Assembly (NCBI GenBank): GCA_965228855.1
Contig: CBDDIJ010000005.1
Coordinates: forward strand, 635,856-699,855
DNA: 64,000 nt
Reading direction: 5' to 3'
DNA from: Candidatus Obscuribacterales bacterium
GTDB taxonomy: Bacteria > Cyanobacteriota > Vampirovibrionia > Obscuribacterales > Obscuribacteraceae
How positions within the stretch are numbered: the first letter of the stretch is position 1; each line of letters begins with the position of its first letter. Shown here piece by piece: positions 27,101 through 35,900 of the stretch. The notes under the pieces are model-generated. The model was not told the origin of the DNA. It ran no database searches and saw only the letters and a list, made by a program, of their open reading frames with translations. Position numbers and translations under genes: made by a program.

Positions 27101-29829
27101 TGCGAGCTGCCTGTGATCACGCTACCTAGAGAGAGCGAGCCTGCAGAGCTCACAAGCTGAACTATATCTGCGAAAATATTGCTCGTGCTCGAAATATTTC
27201 CGGCGGCGTTGGTCTGAAGTAGATTCGTCACGAACGTGTCGCCACCAGCAAAATTGATGGCCCCGGTACTGCTTATAACCGCATTGTTTGCGGTGACTGC
27301 CACATTGCCACCTGTCAAGCGCGCTGTCACAGTCCCTGTATCAGAGGTCAAGTAAGTTTGAGGAGATGTCACTTCGACGCCCAGCGCGGTATCGATGTTG
27401 CCATTTGCACGCAAGCGCACATCCGTAGTGCCGGTAACATCAGCATCTAGCTGAATCGCACCTGCGGTTGATCTCAAAACCACGTGGTCAGCAATGTGAG
27501 GAACAGCATTAGAAACTGTGAGAAGCCCTGTTGAAGTTAGGTCAGCGGTACCACCGGTCACAAAACCGGAAAGTGAGACATCATCAATGTCGCTAACGTA
27601 GAACGATCCCGTCGGACTATTCACGGCAAGATCATTAGCATCTATCCGAACGCGATTCGATGCGGAACCAATATCTCCGTTAAACGACTCAAGTTCTACT
27701 CGGTCGGAGACCAGTAATGAAGCATTGCCACCACTTACGACTCCGGCGTTCCCGCTGAGATAAATGGAGTTTATAAGAGACGTATTAGTCAACACGACTC
27801 CTGCTCCCAGAGTGATGATGCCATCAGCTGTGATCGATATACCACCCTGGCTTGTCAAATTCTTAGAGATGATGACATCACCGCCGGTAGGCGATGCACT
27901 GTAGGTGAGATTGTTTGGTGAGGTGATATTGCCTGCTGCATCAAAAACAATCGGACCACCAGTGGAAACTGGTTGCGCGGTCACAGCAGAAATCAGTCCG
28001 GATTCTAATACTCCACCTGTGGTATCAATCACACCCAGGCGTATGGCGGTCGTGCTTTGAGCTCCAGCAACGAGGAATACGTCACCATTGGTCCCGGTTC
28101 CGCTTCCACCTGTTCTTATGGTCGTGTTGGAAACGTCAATTCTGCCGGAGTTAAAGTTGAGACCGCTGAAGGCGAACATGGAGACATCGCCACCATTTGC
28201 GTTCCCGCTTGTCCCTCTCGAATCTATCGTGACACCGCTTCCCAGAAGGATACTTCCCCCTGATGAGGAAGCCAATCCTGTCAGGGTTGTTCCGGATGCG
28301 ACAGCACCATTGGTCGATGAAACATTTGTGCCACCAGCAGTCTGTTCTGCGCCAGCAGCCATGAAGATATCGAAGCCGCCTGTCGTTTGTGCGGTACTTA
28401 TCGTGATGTTGTTGGCGCTCGTAATGTTTCCACTTGCAATTATCGCGAGCTTCTCGTTGACGGAAATATCTCCGTTGATGTTGATGTTTCCGGCATTGTT
28501 CTTATATGTCGGGTCACCAGTCAGGCAAACGTTTCCAATATTGAGATCGTCAGTCGACGCACTCAGGTGAGCCTCAGAACCGGTTTGATTTACAGTCCCC
28601 GTCAGCTCGCCGACATCGGCACGCATGATGCCGCCGCCGGCGTTCAAGTTCAACTGTCTCGAAAAATAGTCTCCACCGCGAAGGTTTGTGTTCGAAGAAC
28701 CAACATAATCGGCTGCTCTCACGTTGATGTCGCGACCAGCCGAGAAGGTTCCACCAGCTCCATTCACGTTCAACTCAGCTGTTGAAGAACCATCTATGTT
28801 TATGTCACCGCGCATTGCTTGAACGGCGCCGGAGTTGTTAATCGAAGAAGCGTTGAGATTTACATCGCCCTTCGCATTTACGTTTCCAGTATTGGTCAGA
28901 ACATTGCCGGCACTTAAGGTCAGCGTTCCCCTGGACGTAATAGTTCCGTAGTTTGAAAGATTTCCGCTAGCTAGCAGTCCCAAACTGCTGTCGGCGGTGA
29001 TGCTGGCGCCGAGTTGGTTGACGATGTCGTCAGCGCGAATAACTCCACCGTTGCGTCCGTTTCCATAGGTGTAAACGGTACCCGCGTTATTTAAGTCACC
29101 GAGCAATTTGAAGTCGGAGCGCTTGCTGAAGTCACCATATGTAGTGACGTTCACAGGAACCGTTAAATCGGTAGCGCGCAGTACATCGTTATTTGCCGTG
29201 ATAGCACCGAGGTCCACCTCGCCGCCTGTCGCAGCTCCCTTACCGTCGATGACAATCTTTTGCGAGCTGCCGGAGAGAATTTGTTTAACAGCTATGTATT
29301 CGGCGGCGCTAACCTGTGAACCGGCAGCAACAGTTTTTGTCTCGCCACCAACATTGATCTCGACTGATAGCTTATTGTCGAACAGGTTGCGACCAAGTGT
29401 GATGTTTCTCACATCAGAACCAAGGTCCAGATTGACGCCATTGCGAAGATTCACCAGGGTACCATCGCCGCCCTGCACTGACTGATTGATGACGCCCTGC
29501 CGCTCCAATCTACGACTGAGGCGATCCATTCGAATCGTGTCTACTGAGTTCGAAACCGACGGGACGGCTAGATTGTTTCCGCCGCCTCCTATTGTAGGAA
29601 CAGCAATCGTGTTGACTGCCGCTCCCCGATGTTGTCCGAATTCCTGGCGGAACATCTGACGAGCAGCCTGTCTATCGATGCCAGGATTCTGTTCTCTAAA
29701 GTCGCGGAAAGATGGTCGATCGACGTCTGCGGCATGCGCTTGCATAGCCGACGCGAACAACGAACCACTTATTACCGCGATCCATTGTTTTACGAATGAC
29801 TTTCTTACTTTGACTGCCTTCTTACTCAT
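18193..29829 (-). CDS. giant secreted beta-helix-repeat protein, paralog 1 (3878 aa), unclassified family
   Basis: Uninterrupted 11,637-nt ORF. ATG has GAGGA 8 nt upstream. Signal peptide is MSKKAVKVRKSFVKQWIAVISGSLFASAMQAHA|AD. The conserved N-domain, Cys-free repeats, Cys module (INACDL...VIVCSNNG) and C-terminal FecR-like segment ending ...KPRTVALQW are collinear with the two neighbours. Confidence 0.9.
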   Translation of the reverse strand: MSKKAVKVRKSFVKQWIAVISGSLFASAMQAHAADVDRPSFRDFREQNPGIDRQAARQMFRQEFGQHRGAAVNTIAVPTIGGGGNNLAVPSVSNSVDTIRMDRLSRRLERQGVINQSVQGGDGTLVNLRNGVNLDLGSDVRNITLGRNLFDNKLSVEINVGGETKTVAAGSQVSAAEYIAVKQILSGSSQKIVIDGKGAATGGEVDLGAITANNDVLRATDLTVPVNVTTYGDFSKRSDFKLLGDLNNAGTVYTYGNGRNGGVIRADDIVNQLGASITADSSLGLLASGNLSNYGTITSRGTLTLSAGNVLTNTGNVNAKGDVNLNASSINNSGAVQAMRGDINIDGSSTAELNVNGAGGTFSAGRDINVRAADYVGSSNTNLRGGDYFSRQLNLNAGGGIMRADVGELTGTVNQTGSEAHLSASTDDLNIGNVCLTGDPTYKNNAGNININGDISVNEKLAIIASGNITSANNITISTAQTTGGFDIFMAAGAEQTAGGTNVSSTNGAVASGTTLTGLASSSGGSILLGSGVTIDSRGTSGNANGGDVSMFAFSGLNFNSGRIDVSNTTIRTGGSGTGTNGDVFLVAGAQSTTAIRLGVIDTTGGVLESGLISAVTAQPVSTGGPIVFDAAGNITSPNNLTYSASPTGGDVIISKNLTSQGGISITADGIITLGAGVVLTNTSLINSIYLSGNAGVVSGGNASLLVSDRVELESFNGDIGSASNRVRIDANDLAVNSPTGSFYVSDIDDVSLSGFVTGGTADLTSTGLLTVSNAVPHIADHVVLRSTAGAIQLDADVTGTTDVRLRANGNIDTALGVEVTSPQTYLTSDTGTVTARLTGGNVAVTANNAVISSTGAINFAGGDTFVTNLLQTNAAGNISSTSNIFADIVQLVSSAGSLSLGSVITGSSQINLSSNASIVDSSFTGATIVSPELNLLSFSGSVGSVGNQLHIDANRLSATATAGDIYIVDPNSVTITNASANTNITVIAANNILSTASSVIAAPNVTLTATNGSLGLTGAVYGVNVALTSGNTIPANGLGTVALNNLGDPVLSLSLSSTNGSIGSLGSRVVTNAENLLLIAANGVYVSNVATSIDTQLVAGSSAGTDFFVSTDNSFDINAPLTAGRNIELTSMANMIQNPGAPVTSTGGYVKLSGDDSLVVLGDITAPGDISLDGPMSIGAGDITSTAGNVKITANDVISALSSIGTISAFGSIDITSTGGDVLFLKSLETTTGNITITATGTASFQGIPNTVTTPQNFNITGDAAVFFGGTVDALNVTIKSTVGNILVLSLLTANQSITLDSATSIDDNTLNNNPNILSADQINLKAAANIGSGMGNPLDIDAVNLNLQGGTVSVHDPNSVNINGTNTSSLDFIVTADDDLTTSGLIGTGDFGVPPTITNISLTAGGLMEIGANMYGANVSLSSGTDMNTVNGAQIRAQFLTLSSTNGDIGTDASSRLNTKSLNLTVNTGGSAYVFADAISGSPDLNLIGNSVVTGTFDLARPDEDLKFGNIVIGLASTVSANDLLLSAPRGFLTITGTTTGTNSVTLSSGGPITNSATTGLQFTDTLNLTSTFGSVGLLGDSFVVNANNFSASAGSLLAPGNSVYATRTGALNIVGTNFSGSVFEVDATGALVVTGTISSPVTNLTSTSANVQIPGSVIGTTIAITSGNGIVDADLTGTFDVLAANLTTTSGDIDVSVLDVDSLQFNSAGSVTYSDANSVSIYLASSAANDISVTANQNLSSVSGALIQSTTGSVSLTATNGVFDLDGGVRAAGTISLTSAGDINGSTVSGVLDGGVGLPVQSLVLQSDGNIGAAGGQANAFAFNALAISAGADNAYLNNTGGAIDLRSSTVTGDLALWSTGTITVPAAQTVVADSLYLNSANGGILIPGAVTIGSRIELISFNDILTANFANPLSAPTIVLNATNAGATIDVTADFQNVSASATTVVLTDTTGSMNIGPGASTATSFTASAPVNISNDGTIDAATVSLTATAGGFTFNNAISGTTSITLTSGDDILNGVGLGQLITPTLVATSTNGDIGTALDPLSLNVTTVTLNAALGNVWVENAGAVTVGGASSAQGVFSLHANGLITVDSTVNASDVDFTAIAGSSQYVQINAAVTGTTSVTVSSDNGIVAADGMNNIVSPRINLVTTVGPIGVSGNSVLVDTAVLSIQSVGDAFVSDSNSVDLAASSAVGTFNVTAVNDLTSSGTVSAAYVSLTATTGNLVLSGLTRGTSSITLSSAGSILNANIVGGLDSGAGIPVVQLNLTSTGGDIGVGLDFLQVDVDNITANATTGSVFVQDANAMNFGPGGSAASNAVGEVFQAIAGGVLTSTGAISGNAVRLQSGDKFDLDGAVTATTQIRLDAQNDIVNADITGGLNSPDLYLTSALGSIGESTDYLLVNASTASLSAGGSVYFTSTSALNLQTIAAATDTFIASSNLSLVVDIAVTGADVRLDGATGLTLDANVTGTNSVTLVSGAGLTQTSGTVIGGALNVDFVTGPVTLVTDVDSVTATGGSTQILTINERDGIDVTSADVGTFALNASQIASGDVLISGAIDASFVNIVNAGGNVTIDADIDAAILLTIDTSGGSGFIQQTSGTLTAGDLAVTAASGGIGGSGNELIVTNGANPLSLTANATGGGDVSIVYAGTSTVVVQATAGNDFFTLDTTNGGSILLNGAVSGTGTLSLGTSNLTSLVGANFDQINVFNTAGALSMTGGTYTTANGFTVLSAAGINLSGNILLNGTGEAAFTVGAEPDNFIVNAGAVVTGVNRTTINACDLTFDGIITGNPLVIVCSNNGTIANSNGDVLLPSDLVFVGQNLAILAAGNITTTGSTSINLSGPTGSGSLTLMAGYDFTPATAGQIQSPGLFTITGVNANGGSIDLTNVTINLNGGAGSGGNFTAVANAGTLNDGSIVLHTINTTGAVNGGNVNITGPGGITVGSINTVGGTASGNVNMAVATPTIVGGPITVQNGVLLSGSFGVGAQTAGDLIVTTIDAGLANVVLTGALGATDVISQTPGLISANNLTVNVGDGVATLGSTAVATLNASSSGLGTVDVSDVDALNLGAITGSDLSLVVSSGGSLVATSAFNIGIVELTTTAGDIVLNASVGGSNYVELSSAGTITQTAGTLQGGTLFLDFATGPVTLSTNVDRLSTTANAVTLTINEANDLILSSQGVDVLNVNVTSGAVTTDSDFTVGTLSINVADGTVAVSNSIGATGTSNVFADDGVTSSGAGVINGDIVVLDTNASLGVDAANRLQINANTFQVEGQNVFVNNTNTLASTLNASSATNTLDVSTAGDLVSGGDYSAQVVALATGGAFDLTSTINGTTSVSLTTDGDLTNITGTLNTPTLLLNSVSGNVGTDANNPFLVAANVSSIGGSAGNGFFVSSASTAGVNFVAITAAGDINLTANGGLNLTQNITSTGGAFAVTATQDTLDIADGITILAHDQIDITMLGSTKKRDSIVFGNGSSVLTNAKTPGLGNINIVLGAPQSPGRKTPTPKKFVTIVENGGSVLFGGKKAQAVSGGIVFTAQGADVYVSTFNPKSIVFEGNNIITADPPVAEGTPMTIRTFGNAGSAAGTLNALNDLSTNSLDGSVTMSPIAITNPVATFSVNNEMRAMQLISLNNATGTFSGGDSLASLTSTASGVTLATVPSGGPGHDDSYMSTSEPTATIVDAKLCSDLELSGDSLMSSLSKVSHNQCVTMDSGSVLFVPKTDTTVVTPKGRVKIAADSVAMVVVDQNHLSVYDVNDQHKRSVVIEAGGRSIPLSPGKHAIVTHSSVQQFAEINPVEAVMHRGLAHHDLGNGHKAFTSEFSVPSAIQAIKPLAAIVQSQHREARKVRAGVLKTTAVIMQMTSNGPAYELHTKPRTVALQW
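19510..28420 (-). repeat. degenerate protein-level repeat body of giant gene 1 (long ~95-100-aa units, a ~20-aa-period block at ~25900-26470, interrupted by the conserved Cys module at ~20825-21520)
   Basis: Recurrent anchors such as L.L.S..G.IG....L.IDA..L......G.VYV.D.NSV. The composition is N/T/S/G/A/V/D/L/I-rich with almost no K/R/E/aromatics and no Cys outside the module. Boundaries are approximate. Confidence 0.7.
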
Positions 29830-29884
29830 TAACCCGATCCTCGATTATTGTCGATTGCAACTGCTTGACTACGTGCCGATGGTA

Positions 29885-29913
29885 GAAGGGCTCCGCATTT
29901 CGCGAAGCCCTTC
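29885..29913 (-). promoter_or_regulatory. intergenic RNA stem-loop directly after the stop of giant gene 2 (no U-tract)
   Basis: 12-bp stem with a 5-nt loop. The single C/A mismatch on the plus strand becomes a G-U pair in the minus-strand (sense) transcript. No U-run follows, so it is more likely a processing, stability or partial-termination element. Confidence 0.4.
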
Positions 29914-29924
29914 CAGTTAGTTGA

Positions 29925-32900
29925 TTACCATTTGAGTGCCACCGTCCTTGGTTTGGCGTGGAACTCGTACGGAGTGTTGGAAGACAACTGCATGATGATT
30001 GCGGAAGTCTTCAAGACACGCTCCTTAACTTTCTTCGCCTGACTGTGATTCGAAAGAATCATCGCCGAAAGCGGTTTAATACATTGAATTGCCCCAGGAA
30101 CGGAAAATTCGCTCGTAAACGCTCGATGTCCGTTGCCGAGCTCATGGCGGCTCAAACCTCGGTGCATGATCGATTCAACTGGATTGATGTCGGAAAACTG
30201 CTCGACACCAGCATGAGTTATGACTGCGTGGCTACCGGGCGATAACGGTATGCTACGACCGGCCGCCTCAACAACTACGCTGTTTTTATGCAGATCGTTA
30301 ACGTCGTAAACGGAGAGATGAGTGTCTTCTACTACCACCATTGCGACTGCGTTTGCAGCGACTTTGACCTTGCCCTTCGGCGTGACGACAGTCGTGTCGC
30401 TCGTCGGAGCAAAGAGAACACTGCCGGAATTTACGGAGACAACAGCGCTATGTTTCATCTTCTCGACACCGTTGAAACCGACATCGCCAACAAATTCGAT
30501 ATCGCTGCAGATGCTCGCATTGACCATCGTTCCCTGAGGCGAAGTCGTAGTCATGTATGAGTCATCGACTTGCGAAACAGCTACTGTACTCAGATCGCCG
30601 CTCGTGAGAGCGCCGGAAGCGCCAGATGTAATCGTTGCGTTGTTCATAGATATGTTCTGGACACCTTGAAGAACGGACGCTCCCAAACCGCTCAGGCTGG
30701 TAGAGTTCGCGGGTAGCAAGTTCAGCGCTGTATTGAGGGAGGAGATGGAACCAAGTTCGTTCGAAATTGTTGCGGTTCCAAGAGCACCAGGTTGGGAATC
30801 TCCGCCAACACCGGCAAATTGACGAATAAGAACCGGCGTTCCTTCGGCAACTGGAGGGTCAGCAGTTATAGTGACGTTGCCCTCGAATACAATCGATTTC
30901 GGATTGAAGGTGCTGACATAAACATCTGCGCCCTGCGCGGTGAACACGTTCCCTGGCGCCGCAGCCTGAGCTTTCTTACCGCCGAAGAGCACGCTTCCGC
31001 CATTCTCAACGATCGTTACGTTCTTCTTGGGCGTCGGAATTTTGTTACCGGGAGATTGGGGAGCACCAAGGACAATGTTTATATTGCCGAGCCCAACTGT
31101 TTTCGCATTCGTCAAAACTGATGAGCCCGCACCGAATACGATCTTATCCCGCTTCTTAACCGTTCCGACTTGAGTTATATCGATCTGGTCATGAGCCAGG
31201 AGAGTAATACCATCTGCAATATCAAGCACGTCTTGAGTGGCTTGAATGGCGAGCGCGCCACCGGTCGATGTGATGTTCTGAGTGAGGTTCAATCCCCCGT
31301 TTGCCTTCAGCGATATATCGTCACCAGCGGTGATCGCAACAAAGTTGACTCCACCGGTTGCGGCACTTGTGACGAAGAAACCACCACCTGCGGTTCCACC
31401 TATAGACGTAACGTTTGCAGCCACCAGGAAGGGGTTATTCGCGTCGGTACCGACATTGCCGCTTACTGAGTTAAGGAGTAAAGTCGGAGTGTTCAGTGTT
31501 CCTGTGATGTTGGTCAGGTCACCATCCGTGGTGAGCGATACGCTGGTCGAGCCATTTATAGTGCTGGTGAGATCGAAGGCTCCACCAGTCGAGAGAGCGA
31601 CTACAGCCGCGCTGTAGTCGCCGCCGGAGACCAGATCTCCAACCGTTGACACATCTAGAGTGCCTACAACTGAACTCGCGTTGAGCGTTGACGCTGCAAC
31701 GTTATTGTTGTTGACGAAAACATTTTGGCCCGAAACCTGGAAAGTGTTGGCATTGATTTGCAGCTTATCCGAGGCATCCACACCAAGCGCGGCATTTGTA
31801 TCCAGAGTGACGGCGTCGCCGTTTATCACTCCCGTGCCGCTAGATGTAACGCCATCATCGGCGAACACGTTTGTGGTTCCTGTAGCTCCGATGCTATTTG
31901 ATACGGCAAAGGTTCCGTTTGCAACATTGACCGTGAGGTCATCGACCGTGAAGTCTGAGTTCGTAGTGACAGCGCCGCTAGCTACGTTTACAGTCAGGAC
32001 GTCAACGCCCTGAGTGTCCAGGATCAAGTCGTCGGTCTCATTGATAGTCAGATCAGTAGAGCCGGTTCCCGCGTTCGACAACAGTGTCGAAACGCTCGTG
32101 TTCAAGGTCACTGGTCCGTTGTTGAATGTGATGCTGAACTGACCACCACCAACAACGCCGCTTGTTTGAGAGATTGTTCCATCCGCGTTGAACGTGATGA
32201 ACGTAGCGCCGGAGACATTGCCGTTCAACAGTATGTCGCCGCCTGCTGACGTCTGAAGATTCAGATTATCTATGTTGATGGCGTTGGACGTGGTCGAAAT
32301 CGTTCCGCTTGCGCTTACATCGAGATCTTGCGTGGCTCCTACGATGTTATTGAGCACAATCGGACCTGTTTGGTTAAGCAAACTAATCGTGCCGCTTCCA
32401 TTGGTATTCAACTCATTCAGTCCAGAGTTGGATATTGTTGCCGCACCATCACCGACATTTACGTTCAAACGATTGGCGTTTACGCTCTGCACGTCGATAT
32501 TATCGAGTGCGCCGAATGCACCTAGAAGGGTCACGTCCCCAGTCCCGGCAACGAGAGAGTTAACCGTCAGATCGCCACTGGTAGCCGTACCGACTCCAAA
32601 ACTTCCAGTAAGAACTAAACCGTTTTGAACCGTTACCGGACCACCGACTATGGTCGGATTCGCCACGCTCAGTGCTACATTCCCGCTGTTCGTTCCACCG
32701 TTGGTGGTGACCGAGTCGATCGTAATACCGCCAGGAGCAGTAACCGTCACGTTGCCACCATTTATGGTGCCCGTAGTGTCGACGGTACCAAGGATGACGG
32801 AACCATCATTCAACGATCCGGCATTTGCAACTGCCACGAGGTTGCCACCACTGCCAGTGCCACCTGAAAGAACTATATCGACGTTAGTTAAATCAATCGA

Positions 32901-35900
32901 CCCGCCATTGGCGCTGACGCCGGTGATCGTATACAAGCCAGGTCCCTGAATCTGACCGGCGGTAGCCGGTGTGAAGTCATAGCCAGCCATCAACGTCAAC
33001 GAGCCGGAGCCACTGGCTCCGGACAAGTTAATCAAGGTTGAGCCGGTGGTAGTGATGTTGCCGGCGGCGAGAATCGCCAGATTTTGACCGACAAATACTA
33101 GATCGGAGGGAAGCAGCACATCGCCTGTACTGTTGGCGATTGTTCCATTATTCGAGCAAACGATCACTAGCGGATTGCCGGTGATAGTTCCATTGAATAC
33201 GAGGTCGCAAGCATTGACAGTGAGCTTGTTCGTGCCTGTCACTGTCGCGCCGGCGTTGACGATAAACTGATCCGGTTCGTCGCCAACGCTGAACACTGCG
33301 TCGCCAGCTCCGTTCAGAAGAATTGCACCTGACAGGCTGATCCCGTGAGATGACGTCGCACTAAAGCCGTTTGCCGTCGTGTAAGTTCCACCAGAGATGG
33401 AAAGTGCACCAGCAGGTGAGTTATTGATGTTTATCTGGTCGAAGTTAGCAACAGAGCCGCTCGTCAAATTGTCCGTCGTGAGGCTGAGCGTGCCACTTCC
33501 TGCTATATTTCCGGCAAGCGCTATGCTGCCACCATTATCAGTGTCGATAGAGACGAAATCATTACCAGCCGATGCTTGAACGTTTACAGTTCCAGTACCC
33601 GAGTAAATTACGGATATATCACCACCACCAATTCCATTTGCCGTCAGCGATACAGGGTTAGCACCATTAGTGAAGACCAACTCATTGCCGCCAGTACCGA
33701 TTCCACCGATACCTGCAAGAACCGTTAGTGACGGTGTCAAAAGCAGTCCATTTGTTTGTTGAATAGACCCGCTGCCCCCACCCTGAGTATTGAGTGTCAT
33801 GGCGGTCGTCGCAGTGATGTCGTGGTCGATCAGAATGCTTCCGTTGTTATTAATGATATTCAGCGTGGCAACTGTGAAGTCACCTCCTGTAGTGACATTG
33901 CCGCCGCTGACCTGAGAAGCATTTATGTTGAGAGTTCCAACTGCTTGCGCGAGCAACTCGATGCCGTCAGCCTCATTGATGGTCAGAATTTGACCAGAAC
34001 CACCCAGCGTCGCTAACTTCGCAGCATCCGTAGTGAGGGTTACCGGACCGGTGACGAATGAGACAGCCAAATCGCCGGTATTGATTGAGCCTGCTGTCTG
34101 AACCAGGGTGCCACCGGAAACGAGGGATGTTCCCGTGGACGCATCTATAGTACGAGCTATCGACAGGCTGTTACCGGCATCAAGAATGACGATGGGGGCA
34201 GTCAAATTGACTCCGTTGTCTTGAACAAGAAGTGTCGTGGCCGCAGCAACCGACAGGGTACCGGTCGCGGACGAATCGGACCTCAGCGTCAGAGAATTCG
34301 AATCATCGACATAAACGGAACCGGAAAACGCGTTCGCCTTTAAAACATTCGTATCGATGGAAAGCGGCGCTAGTTCAGCTCCAATATCACCTGTGAGAGC
34401 AACCAGGTTGAGAGCCGCCGCATTCAATCCGCCGGAAATATTCGAGTTCGCGATGCCCGTTCCAGAGTTCAGCGTTATGCTCGCGACAGCATTGACTGCG
34501 CCATCCAGGTCAAAACCACCATCTGCAATCAGGGTTACGTCCTGACCACCAATAGTCGAAGAACTGCTGATGTCGCCGGTCGAGACGGCTACAAAAGCGT
34601 TGCCGGCCGAGGAAGCTCCACCACCGAAGTTAACGTTTCCTGATTCGTCGCTTAGGAAAACGGAGCCTGTCGCATTTGCTCGAATGTTAACAGCATCAAA
34701 GCTGAAGTAGTCGACGCTGGCACCGATATCACCGGCGGTGACGTTCAGATTCAGCTGGTTGACCGGAACGCCCAAGCCGGACATCAATTCGCCTATAACG
34801 TTCGAGTTCAAAATCGAGTTAGCAGAGGTCAGCGAAATGCTGTTGACGCCGATGATGTCATCATTAATCTGCAAAGTTCCAGTGTTAGCGAACAGCGCCA
34901 CATCAGTTCCAATCAATTCGCCGGCCGTGGTCAGGTTGACATTCGACGAAATCTGCAGAGTGTTCATCGCAGACGATTCATTTACGATGAGAGATCCGAC
35001 GGGTTTCGTGACAAAGGCTGAGTCAGCCGAATGCACGGACACAGTTCCTGCAGTGATGGAAATAGGCGTAGCAAGCGTCCCTATGCTTCCTGTGGTCGTA
35101 ATCAAGTTGAGTACCGGAGTCGTGATGGTCGACGCCAGGTCGGCCGAGACGATTCCCGCATCAGAAGCAATCGTGACCTGGCTCGTACCAGCGATTGCTG
35201 CGTTTACCGCGATATGACCGCCGCTGCCATCCTTTGCTTTCAATGTCACGTCGCTAGCTGAGATCGGCGCCGCAACGGTGATTGTCCCTTGAGCGGTCAA
35301 ACTGAACGCTCCAGCAGCGCCTGATGCTCCACCTACACCGAGAGCCTGAGAGTTCTCAACCCAGACAGAGCCGAGAGGCGCATTGAGCGTCACAGAAGAT
35401 ACGCTCAAAGTCAGCGGGTCAAGCGCCGCGCCGATATTTCCTGTGGTTGACGTAGCAATCAATGTTGGGGTCACGAGTTGACCAGCACCGACTCCATTAA
35501 GGATGTCATCGTTGGAGGTCAGTGTAATACTCGTGGTTCCCGAGATGACGTTATTGAATGTGAAACCGCCTGTGGTGGCGTTCAAATTCACATCGATGGC
35601 ATCTATAGTCCCATCGTTCGAGAGGCTTCCGGAGGTCGCTGTGAATGTCGTGCCCGCCGACGATGGCGCCGATCCGATGTTCATGGAACCAGCTGTGTCG
35701 GTCAAATTAACGAAGGTTGCCGCATTGGCAGTGACGGTTGAGAAGTCAACTGTCGTCACGTTAATACTACTTGTATCCGAAGTCAAATTGATGACCGGTG
35801 AACTAAGTCCACCAAGAATTGATGAATCATCGATCGCCCCATTGGCGGTCAAATTGATGTTGCTAGTTCCGGTCACCAGCGCATTGAGCGTCAGAGAGCC

